Shown one piece after another: positions 9,967 to 17,541 of a DNA stretch of 36,765 bases; position 1 is the stretch's first letter; each line of letters opens with the position of its first letter. A program made the position numbers and the translations under genes. The notes beneath the pieces were generated by a model, which saw only the letters and a program-made list of their open reading frames with translations, was not told where the DNA came from and ran no database searches. The stretch comes from a virus (taxonomy: Duplodnaviria; Caudoviricetes), in the IMG/VR virus record IMGVR_UViG_3300031519_000081, positions 1 through 36,765 of that record; one strand, given 5' to 3'.

Positions 9967-10377
9967 TTAAGTAGGTAGTAATAAATTCTGATTCTGAAAA
10001 TAAAATGCATTGTAAACAAGTTTAGATTTTATATATGCTTCGTCTGTTGGAGTTGCTTTTACACTGACATACGAATCATTAACTGTTGCGCTTATATTAA
10101 CTAAATCTACACCTAGATTTGATCTTCCGTACACAGTTAATGACGCTTTATCTAAACTTGCTATTACTAGTACTTTTATAATTTCTTTATTAGTAGTATC
10201 TAAATCAACAAATAGAGTATATTCAACTGCTGTAAAGTCTCCTAAGAAAAATCTATCAAATTCTGTTTCAGCTGGAATAGACACCCACGGCCCTGTGCGA
10301 CTTATTTGAGTGTCATTCTTTAGACTAATTGTATTCTTTCTACCAACTTGAAAAAATCTGTCAATAAATAATGCCAT
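9967..10377 (-). CDS. Small virion structural protein (hypothetical)
   Basis: AAGGAG RBS. AVEYTLFV...EIIKVLV...LTVYG pattern resembles a small beta domain common in large-myophage structural proteins. Confidence 0.65.
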   Translation of the reverse strand: MALFIDRFFQVGRKNTISLKNDTQISRTGPWVSIPAETEFDRFFLGDFTAVEYTLFVDLDTTNKEIIKVLVIASLDKASLTVYGRSNLGVDLVNISATVNDSYVSVKATPTDEAYIKSKLVYNAFYFQNQNLLLPT

Positions 10378-10398
10378 TGAATAGCTCCTTTATTATAT

Positions 10399-12195
10399 TT
10401 ATTCGCTTTTACAAGATATCAGTTTGCTGTATTCTGGCAAATAAAGATAATTAATATCGCTTTTACTTAATGTCCATAATGCATCATCAAGTGTTTCTAC
10501 AAGAGGTTCGCCGCCTAAGTTAAAGCTAGTGTTAAAGATAATAGGGCAGCCTGTCTTATCTTTAAATGTTTTAATTAATCTATAGTACAACGGATTTTGT
10601 TGTTCATTAACAGTTTGAATTCTACAAGTTCCGTCTACGTGAATAATAGCAGGAATTTTTTCTTCGATGCCCGGCTGGCAGTTTACAGCGTACATCATTG
10701 TAGGTGAACTAGTCATACCGCGTAAATCAAACCATTGGTGTACATCTTCTTCTAAAATACTACCTGCAAATGGACGGAAATATTCGCGATGTTTAACTTC
10801 ATTAACAAAATCTTTACCATTAGGATCAGTTGGATCATATAGTATACTTCTATTGCCTAAAGCCCGCGGACCGTTTTCACTTCGGCCTTGAAATATAGTA
10901 ACAATATTCTTACTTGTAATTAAGTCAACTACATCATTATCAGTTGCATCAACTACAACTGCATTGTATTTCTTGCACACTGCATTAATATCGTCATTAG
11001 AGTAATTATATTCAAACCCTAGATACAATGTGTCTGTTTGTGGAGGCACAGTGGTATCTTGAGATATTTCATACCATTTTAGTAATGCTGCTCCAATTGC
11101 AGTGCCGCTATCATTTGAAACAGGCTCGCAGTAAATTTCAATACCTTCATCTTTGAGAGCATCTAGATAATGATAATTTGCAACACAGTTTAAGCCGTAT
11201 CCGCCACTAATTACAACTTTATTATGACCTGTAAGTTCTACTGCTTTGCGTATTAGTTTTACAACTTGTTCTTGTGTTTCTGTTTGAACCGCGTATGCTA
11301 GGTCTCTTCTACTTTGTAGTAATGTAACATCACCATCTGAGTCTTCACTTAATGCATCAAACATTTCTTTATTTACGTATGCACCGTTTGGATAGTTCGG
11401 CATAATTAAGTTTCTGTTTGATATAGTTCCATATTTTGTATCTACAAATAACGGAGGAATTGCATTATTTTTAGAACCATACGGAAATAACCCCATTGTT
11501 TTTCCAGCTTCGATAAAACTCCATCCGCAATAATTAGTAACTGCTTCGTATGTTTTAGTAATGCCTGCTTTTTCTGTAATTAATGCACTATGAGACCGAT
11601 TTGGTTCATTAAACACTGTACCATCAACTCGGTCTATAAAGTGTTCTAAAACCGGTCCTGACGTCCCTATGTTTTTGTGTACAGTAAAAATATTATTTGG
11701 ATAGCTACAGTCAAATATTGATTCAACTTCCCATACTACTTGTGCAGACTGACCTTCACCCATTGTAATAAAGGTACCGGCGCCATCAACAATAAGCGCC
11801 GCAGCTTCTTTAAACCCTGATCTATAAAACGCACATGCAGCATGTAGTTTATGATGTACATGACTCATATCAATAACCTGAGGATGATTAAATGGATTTT
11901 GTTTTCTATCAATTAGTCCTAATTTTCTTGCTAATCCTGTATAGATGTCGTCGCCGCTAAAGTCAATTTTTCCAGCAGTTTCAATTAAAGATTGAGTGTG
12001 TGCAACTACTAGATAATCTAATTTATCTGTATAGTCTAATATTTTATACATAGCAGCCAGAGGGCCACCGTCGTATTTTGCTCGACTTAATCTTTCTTCT
12101 TCAATAGAAAATATTACCTTGCCGTCCTTTAATAAACACACACTGCTGTTGTGTCCACGTGTTATACCTGCTATCCAAACTGGAGATTTATTCAT
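10399..12195 (-). CDS. Carbamoyltransferase, NodU/CmcH/TobZ family (Kae1-like plus YrdC-like domains)
   Basis: HNSSVCL, EEERLSR, HHKLHAACAFYRS, DGAG, EAGKTMGL, SGGYGLNCVAN, DSGTAIGAA, FQGRSENGPRALGNRSIL, VKHREYFRPFA, HVDGTCRIQTV and NTSFN. Confidence 0.95.
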   Translation of the reverse strand: MNKSPVWIAGITRGHNSSVCLLKDGKVIFSIEEERLSRAKYDGGPLAAMYKILDYTDKLDYLVVAHTQSLIETAGKIDFSGDDIYTGLARKLGLIDRKQNPFNHPQVIDMSHVHHKLHAACAFYRSGFKEAAALIVDGAGTFITMGEGQSAQVVWEVESIFDCSYPNNIFTVHKNIGTSGPVLEHFIDRVDGTVFNEPNRSHSALITEKAGITKTYEAVTNYCGWSFIEAGKTMGLFPYGSKNNAIPPLFVDTKYGTISNRNLIMPNYPNGAYVNKEMFDALSEDSDGDVTLLQSRRDLAYAVQTETQEQVVKLIRKAVELTGHNKVVISGGYGLNCVANYHYLDALKDEGIEIYCEPVSNDSGTAIGAALLKWYEISQDTTVPPQTDTLYLGFEYNYSNDDINAVCKKYNAVVVDATDNDVVDLITSKNIVTIFQGRSENGPRALGNRSILYDPTDPNGKDFVNEVKHREYFRPFAGSILEEDVHQWFDLRGMTSSPTMMYAVNCQPGIEEKIPAIIHVDGTCRIQTVNEQQNPLYYRLIKTFKDKTGCPIIFNTSFNLGGEPLVETLDDALWTLSKSDINYLYLPEYSKLISCKSE

Positions 12196-12198
12196 AAT

Positions 12199-13173
12199 TT
12201 ATGCTACCTTTTTTAAAACTGGTTTGCTGTTCCACTTTTTTTGATTTTTGCTACAAGATTCAACAATAACCTCTTCTATTTTAGCATTCATTCTCATTAC
12301 GCCTTCATTAGTTCTATCTGCTAATTCGTCCTGTGTTATTCTAATAGGCGAATAAACCCGCTCGCCTTCTCCCATATCAAGTACATCGAAATAATCACAA
12401 GCAGGATATGATACGTTTGTTTCGTATGTACTACCTAATACTACAGTAGATGGTACACCAAACGAATATGCTATATGTTGACCCACACTATCGCAACCAA
12501 GGAAATAGTTACTAGAATTAATAATAGCCGCCCACTCTCTAAGGCCTGCGCCTTGTGGAATAGCAACAGGTTCTGGAATGTCATACTTGTCAAACTCAAT
12601 TCCAATCTCTCCCATGTAAATTACAGCAAACTTTTTACTGAGTTTTTTTACTATATTAATAACATGTTCCGGTTCAAAGCTGCGGCCGCTAGTATCGATA
12701 ATCATCCCTTCATTATTTGTAACTCCTCTACCAAATGGCTGGAATACAATAACTTTGTCTCTTTTAGTTTTTTCTTTAATTTCGGCTATTAGCTTTTGAC
12801 CAAACATTAACTCTTGTTTGCCTAAATATATGTTAGGAGAATGTAATTCTCTAACTCCTTTGTTATTTATAGCTATGTCGTATGCTTGCGATAAATTAGC
12901 CAATTGATTGTAGTATTCCCAAACTCGATATGGTTCAGGACTTAATAAATTCATATCTTTTAATTTTTCTTCAAACAAATTCTTATGCCAAACATCATAA
13001 GCACGTTTGTATAAATTTGGATGACCTTTAAAAAAGTCTGTGCCGCCCTCGCACACAATAAGAAAATCGTCATTTGGATTTTCTTTTGCAAATAATTCTA
13101 ATGCAGGAATGCTACAAATTACTCTTCCGGCGCCGCCGTTGATAAAAATAGCAGTATTGCGTGTTTCTGTCAT
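12199..13173 (-). CDS. GT-B glycosyltransferase, GT9 (ADP-heptose heptosyltransferase)-like
   Basis: N-terminal GGAGRVICSIPAL (compare GT9 gxGDxxxxxPxl) and C-terminal LREWAAIINSSNYFLGCDSVGQHIAYSFGVPSTVVLGST (compare GT9 DSGxxHlAxAxgxPxvxlfGxT). Confidence 0.7.
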   Translation of the reverse strand: MTETRNTAIFINGGAGRVICSIPALELFAKENPNDDFLIVCEGGTDFFKGHPNLYKRAYDVWHKNLFEEKLKDMNLLSPEPYRVWEYYNQLANLSQAYDIAINNKGVRELHSPNIYLGKQELMFGQKLIAEIKEKTKRDKVIVFQPFGRGVTNNEGMIIDTSGRSFEPEHVINIVKKLSKKFAVIYMGEIGIEFDKYDIPEPVAIPQGAGLREWAAIINSSNYFLGCDSVGQHIAYSFGVPSTVVLGSTYETNVSYPACDYFDVLDMGEGERVYSPIRITQDELADRTNEGVMRMNAKIEEVIVESCSKNQKKWNSKPVLKKVA

Positions 13174-13178
13174 GATAA

Positions 13179-13212
13179 AACCTCTCTATATGCATTTACT
13201 TATAGAGAGGTT
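13179..13212 (-). promoter_or_regulatory. Perfect 12-bp hairpin that sequesters the glycosyltransferase RBS and overlaps a late-promoter-like TATAAGTA; may also act as a terminator
   Basis: Minus strand reads AACCTCTCTATA-AGTAAATGCA-TATAGAGAGGTT-TTATC-ATG. The GAGAGG SD is in the 3' arm. TATAAGTA occupies 13197-13204. Confidence 0.7.
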
Positions 13213-13248
13213 CTAATTTTTTAAAATATTCTGGCTGTGTGCTAGTAA

Positions 13249-13902
13249 TTAACTATCCACTGGCAGCGACGCAGGTGCAGGATTTGGAGGAATTGGAACA
13301 CGAACTTGCCATGCTTCGTAGTCTGCCCAGACAGTAGGCATATCTCTTAGTGCTTGTCTATAGTCTATCCAAGGTTGTTTAATACTATCAGGTGTATCAA
13401 ATTTAACACGATTATCAGAAGCTGTTAATAAAGTATCTCTTAATAATTTAATATCGTCCCATGTTACTTCTTCATCTACCCATTTATATGACCAACTATC
13501 TGCTCCAGGAGCATATGTAATTCCGTCATATTTATAAACATCCTGTGGTGGAGGATTCACATCTTCTAATACAGTGTTTCCATCGGGCAGCACTACTGAC
13601 GCAGTGCGGACAGTTGCTAGTAGCTCATAACTTAGAGGCTGTGCAACAATAGTTGCCACTAACGGATTTTTTCCTGCATTAACTTCTACCTTTAAGTGAG
13701 TAGGCAACGGATTGTATGTTTTGCCGTCTGTTTCTTCAGTTAGGTATCCCATTGGTTCTAACTTTAATGTTTCTTTATCTACAAATACCCATAGTTTTTC
13801 TGGACCAGTATAAGTCCATGTTTCTATAGTAAAGTCTTCAACGTTAGGATTATTTTTACCGTTTGGTACTTTATATGTAAAATTTACTGTAATGTCTGAC
13901 AT
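13249..13902 (-). CDS. Tail fiber assembly chaperone-like protein (Phage_tail_APC-type C-terminus), paralog 2
   Basis: C-terminal WDDIKLLRDTLLTASD...WIDYRQALRDMP. N-terminal FTY..P...YTGPEKLWVF is shared with 15437..16081. Confidence 0.75.
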   Translation of the reverse strand: MSDITVNFTYKVPNGKNNPNVEDFTIETWTYTGPEKLWVFVDKETLKLEPMGYLTEETDGKTYNPLPTHLKVEVNAGKNPLVATIVAQPLSYELLATVRTASVVLPDGNTVLEDVNPPPQDVYKYDGITYAPGADSWSYKWVDEEVTWDDIKLLRDTLLTASDNRVKFDTPDSIKQPWIDYRQALRDMPTVWADYEAWQVRVPIPPNPAPASLPVDS

Positions 13903-13911
13903 TATAATTCC

Positions 13912-14658
13912 TTATCTAAATACCAAGTAAACTAGACCGCCGGCCCCTGGTGCGCCACATAGTGTTGCGCCGCTTGTAGTATGCTGTGCTGTGATTCCGC
14001 CACCGCCTGGAAATGTTCCAAAATAACAGGTGCCTAGATTCTGGGCTCCCATGCATCCGCTAGCAAAAAATCTATTATGTCCAGTTTTTTCTGGTCCCAC
14101 GCCTGCTGAGAAGTGCCCGTCTAAACAATAGTTATTACTAAATGTATACGAACTTGATTTATAACCTACTCTGCCTGCAATAGCTGCGCCACCATATAAG
14201 CAGCCTCCAGCAACTTGACATACCATACCTAAGGTATGACAGGTAAAGCCAGCATTCAAATATTGACCCCAACATCCGCCACATGCAGTTGCACACCATT
14301 TGCCTGAATTACACACATAACTTGGAAATCCTGCTTGGCAAGAACTTGCTGGACGGCAGCATGTGCTACCTGCAGCACATATTGTGATCTGATCTCCGGT
14401 GATTATGTCTCCTGTAAAGGTTATGTAAGCTCCTGGCATACCTGCGCAACCTGACGAGCAGCAACATCCGCCGGCTCCGGCGCCGCCTCCTGCCCATATT
14501 TCACCCGCTACGTTGTTTGTACCTGGCGGAGCTGCGAATACACAACTTGCTCCGCCGTTGTTTACTGTAGTATAATTAGCATTAAACACAGCTAATTCAG
14601 TGGGCGGTAACGCTCCGCCTTCTTCGTATCCATATAAGTATTCTCTTAAATTTGCCAT
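13912..14658 (-). CDS. Cys/Gly-rich adhesin-like (polyglycine) protein, paralog 3
   Basis: VNNGGASC...EIWAGGGAGAGGCCC...FPGGGG...CGAPGAGGLVYLVF. About 20 Cys in 248 aa (hand count). TAAGG RBS. Confidence 0.75.
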   Translation of the reverse strand: MANLREYLYGYEEGGALPPTELAVFNANYTTVNNGGASCVFAAPPGTNNVAGEIWAGGGAGAGGCCCSSGCAGMPGAYITFTGDIITGDQITICAAGSTCCRPASSCQAGFPSYVCNSGKWCATACGGCWGQYLNAGFTCHTLGMVCQVAGGCLYGGAAIAGRVGYKSSSYTFSNNYCLDGHFSAGVGPEKTGHNRFFASGCMGAQNLGTCYFGTFPGGGGITAQHTTSGATLCGAPGAGGLVYLVFR

Positions 14659-14671
14659 GTTTTATATTACC

Positions 14672-15424
14672 TTAAGCTGATGCCATGAATGTTAATTGGA
14701 CTAATCCTTGATTTCCTTTTGCGCCGCATAGTACAGCGGCACAGTTACAATGTTGTGCGGCAAAACCGCCGGTGCCTGGCCAAGTAGGAGTGGGGCTGAT
14801 TGAGTTTCCACATTCACTAATCCACCCACTTGGTCCCCACTGTCCTGTAGTATGTGCATAAGGAGCGCCTGGACCCATCTGCATATATCCTTCGCGAACG
14901 CCTATGTTCCATTTAGCAAATCCTTGTACTCCGCATATTCCCATTGTTGCACCGCATATAGCTCCTTGTACACATGTTCTAATCGGAATACAAGAACCCG
15001 GACCACACATGCCGCCTTGCACTATACATCCTGCTGCTCCGCCGCTAGCGCACATACCAGTGCCACCAGACTTACAGAAAAACGAAGGAAGTCCGGTACA
15101 ACCGCAGTTACAACACGTAGTTCCAGCTGCACAAACAGTCCAAATATCACTAGCAGTTACTTCAAATATTTTTCTAGCATAGGATCCAGCTCCGCCCGGT
15201 TTACCACCAATACATGTCTGGCCGCCGCCGCCTGAGCCGCCGCCGCCCCAAACTTCGACAGCCACCCAATTTACGTTTGTTGGTACTGTCCAAGCACAGC
15301 ATAATCCGCCGTTATTTACGTTATTATAGCTAACGTTGAAAACACGCAGTGTAGTTAGGGCGCCGTTTAACGGAACTGCGCCGGTGTTGTCTGGTAATTC
15401 TAGTAGAGATCGTAATCCTGCCAT
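14672..15424 (-). CDS. Cys/Gly-rich adhesin-like (polyglycine) protein, paralog 2
   Basis: VNNGGLCCAWTVP...EVWGGGGSGGGG...WPGTGG...CGAKGNQGLVQLTF. About 20 Cys in 250 aa (hand count). TAAGGA RBS. Confidence 0.75.
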   Translation of the reverse strand: MAGLRSLLELPDNTGAVPLNGALTTLRVFNVSYNNVNNGGLCCAWTVPTNVNWVAVEVWGGGGSGGGGQTCIGGKPGGAGSYARKIFEVTASDIWTVCAAGTTCCNCGCTGLPSFFCKSGGTGMCASGGAAGCIVQGGMCGPGSCIPIRTCVQGAICGATMGICGVQGFAKWNIGVREGYMQMGPGAPYAHTTGQWGPSGWISECGNSISPTPTWPGTGGFAAQHCNCAAVLCGAKGNQGLVQLTFMASA

Positions 15425-15436
15425 TTTATTTCCTTA

Positions 15437-16081
15437 TTATTGTCCTGGTTGTGTTGGGTACACAACTTTAAATGCATCAACCCCTGCCCAGTCCTTTGGT
15501 AAATCTCTCAATTTTTTTCTGTATGCAACCCAAGCTGCTTTAAGTGAGTCTGGCATATCGTCTGCTATTCTTGAATCACTATTTTCTAATAAAATATTTC
15601 TTGTTTCTATTATAGTATCCCAAGTCTGTTGAGAAGTTCTAAACTCGTATGACCATGTAGATGTGTCTATATTATAAACAATAGATTCTGCATCTACAAT
15701 GTCAACAATTGGCAATGGCCATATATAGCTGTATGTTACTTCTGTAGAATCAGCATCAGCTAGCACGATTGTTTCGCTAACTTCAGAGTGCGATGTACTT
15801 AGTGTAAACGCAGATGGATCTATCATTGATGCAATAGCTGGATCAGTTTCTGCGTCTACTATTACTTTTACAAGTCCTTCTGGTGCAGCAAGATCTGCAC
15901 CGTTGTCTTCTTCTGTCATTTTCATTGCTCTATATTCTAAATGATTTGTTTCATTTATAAAAACATACCATTTAGAAGGACCGTTATAAGTACCGGTCAA
16001 ATTTAAATTACTATTCTGTGCGTACTGTGCATCCGGTGATGCATATGTAAACTCTTTAGTTATTATTGTGTTAGTTGCCAT
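15437..16081 (-). CDS. Tail fiber assembly chaperone-like protein (Phage_tail_APC-type C-terminus), paralog 1
   Basis: C-terminal WDTIIETRNILLENSD...WVAYRKKLRDLP. N-terminal FTYASP...YNGPSKWYVF. Confidence 0.75.
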   Translation of the reverse strand: MATNTIITKEFTYASPDAQYAQNSNLNLTGTYNGPSKWYVFINETNHLEYRAMKMTEEDNGADLAAPEGLVKVIVDAETDPAIASMIDPSAFTLSTSHSEVSETIVLADADSTEVTYSYIWPLPIVDIVDAESIVYNIDTSTWSYEFRTSQQTWDTIIETRNILLENSDSRIADDMPDSLKAAWVAYRKKLRDLPKDWAGVDAFKVVYPTQPGQ

Positions 16082-16093
16082 TTTTATGTTTCC

Positions 16094-16825
16094 TTAACCG
16101 TAACTTACTTTAATCATTCCGCCCATGCCAGGGGTTCCGCATCTACATACTCCACTACCAGTCATGGAATTCATGCCGCCACCGCTAGGAAAACTAGCGT
16201 AGCCTATGCAACATGCGTCGCAATATATTGTGTTCAGACAATATGTTCTACCAATATTCATTGTACCTTGTTCAAAGGAGCCGCCCATAATATCTTTTCT
16301 AGCTGCTAGGCAACCGCTTGATGTATATGTAATATTTCGTATAGCAGGTTGGCAATAATCGCCCGAACCGCCAGTCCATACAGCGCAACCTCTACAACAA
16401 GTACATCCATAATGGTAGAAGCAATGATTATCTCCGCCGGCACCACCTACTGCGCAAGTAGCTGCTATTCCAGATCCAGTTACATATGTCGAGCATCCTT
16501 GACATCCTAAGCATGCTGCCGAGCATGTATTACTGCCGCCGGCACACAAAACGTATGTACACCCTGCTTCAGTTGCGATTGTTCTAGTTACGTACATTCC
16601 GCCCGAAGCACTAAATGCACTAGCTTGGCAACATCTGCCGCCAGCGCCTGCACCTCCGCCGCCCCACAATTCAAATGTAACATTTTTTATACCATCCGGA
16701 ACTGTCCACGTGCATAACTTTCCGCCGTTTGTTACACTCAGTGCCTCGTTTTGTACATAAAACGTTTTTAGACCCGTATTGTATACTGGAGTTAGATCTG
16801 CTTTTAATCCGCTTAGACTTGCCAT
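16094..16825 (-). CDS. Cys/Gly-rich adhesin-like (polyglycine) protein, paralog 1
   Basis: VTNGGKLCTWTVPDG...ELWGGGGAGAGGRCC...FPSGGG...CGTPGMGGMIKVSY. About 23 Cys in 243 aa (hand count). TAAGGA RBS. Confidence 0.75.
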   Translation of the reverse strand: MASLSGLKADLTPVYNTGLKTFYVQNEALSVTNGGKLCTWTVPDGIKNVTFELWGGGGAGAGGRCCQASAFSASGGMYVTRTIATEAGCTYVLCAGGSNTCSAACLGCQGCSTYVTGSGIAATCAVGGAGGDNHCFYHYGCTCCRGCAVWTGGSGDYCQPAIRNITYTSSGCLAARKDIMGGSFEQGTMNIGRTYCLNTIYCDACCIGYASFPSGGGMNSMTGSGVCRCGTPGMGGMIKVSYG

Positions 16826-16839
16826 TATAAATCCTTAAT

Positions 16840-17172
16840 TTACGATCCTGCTAATACCCAGCCGTACGTTACGCCACTATATACTAGTACCGCTGCACTA
16901 TTACCTAAATCTAGTGAAAGATCTTCAGCTAAGCCGTGTATGTTATGACCGTTTCGTCCTACAACACATGCTGCTGAGCCAAAATTGCCAGCAACATCGA
17001 TAATTTGTATCGTGTCATTAAGAAGAGTGTTTGCTGTAGACGGTAATGTTATTGTTACGGTACCGCCCGAAGTATCAACTAGTAATCTTTCGTTAGCTAC
17101 GGCAGTTGTGCTCGCGCTGATAGCACGTACTGTAGTACTTGCAGATCCTGTTGTTGTAATATATCTTGCCAT
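16840..17172 (-). CDS. Small tail-fiber-associated protein
   Basis: VDTSGG.VTITLP...DTIQIIDVAGNF.....VGRNGHNI.G.AEDL.LD...LVYSG.TYGW is a domain common in phage fiber proteins. AAGGA RBS. Confidence 0.7.
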   Translation of the reverse strand: MARYITTTGSASTTVRAISASTTAVANERLLVDTSGGTVTITLPSTANTLLNDTIQIIDVAGNFGSAACVVGRNGHNIHGLAEDLSLDLGNSAAVLVYSGVTYGWVLAGS

Positions 17173-17192
17173 TTGTTATTCCTTACTACAAT

Positions 17193-17201
17193 GTATTTAT
17201 C
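17193..17201 (-). promoter_or_regulatory. Putative late promoter (GATAAATAC) heading the adhesin/chaperone cassette
   Basis: TGATAAATACATTGTAGTAAGGAATAACAAATG; the motif overlaps the upstream TGA stop. Confidence 0.65.
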
Positions 17202-17526
17202 AAGACGCAGGCAATGGTGTCTCTACACCAAATCCGACTGCACTACAATTAGCTGCACTTGATCTTACAACTAATTTTTGAGCTGCGCCTAGCGCAATAC
17301 CCGTTCTCTCCAAAACTCCTTTTGGAGGTATTTCTGTATCATATTCTATATACTCTGCGTTAGTAGGAGTAGCAAGATCTGCTACTGCTAATCTCACAGT
17401 CAATGCTTGGTTACCTCTATTGCAAAACGACACGCTGGCAATTGTAAAGGTTTCCGCTGGGACCGTATACAGTGTTGTGTTTGTTGCAGCAGTTAAATCT
17501 TCTGCTCCTAATCTTCCCGATGCCAT
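17200..17526 (-). CDS. Small virion structural protein (hypothetical)
   Basis: TTLYTVPA...SVSFCNR...YIEYDTEI...LERTGI pattern typical of small myophage structural proteins. AAAGGA RBS. Confidence 0.65.
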   Translation of the reverse strand: MASGRLGAEDLTAATNTTLYTVPAETFTIASVSFCNRGNQALTVRLAVADLATPTNAEYIEYDTEIPPKGVLERTGIALGAAQKLVVRSSAANCSAVGFGVETPLPAS

Positions 17527-17541
17527 ATTTATTTTCCTTTA

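Noticed and set aside
1-13173. Bacterial LPS locus or prophage-host junction
   Set aside because: The sugar genes are interleaved with virion genes, share their composition and compact overlaps, and no integrase, att site or housekeeping gene is present. A lytic large-phage origin fits better.
13912-16825. Cys-rich proteins as RiPP precursors or diversity-generating retroelement targets
   Set aside because: At ~250 aa with a conserved adhesin-like scaffold they are unlike leader-core precursors. No radical SAM, YcaO or LanM enzyme, reverse transcriptase or adenine-variant TR/VR pair was seen in the window.
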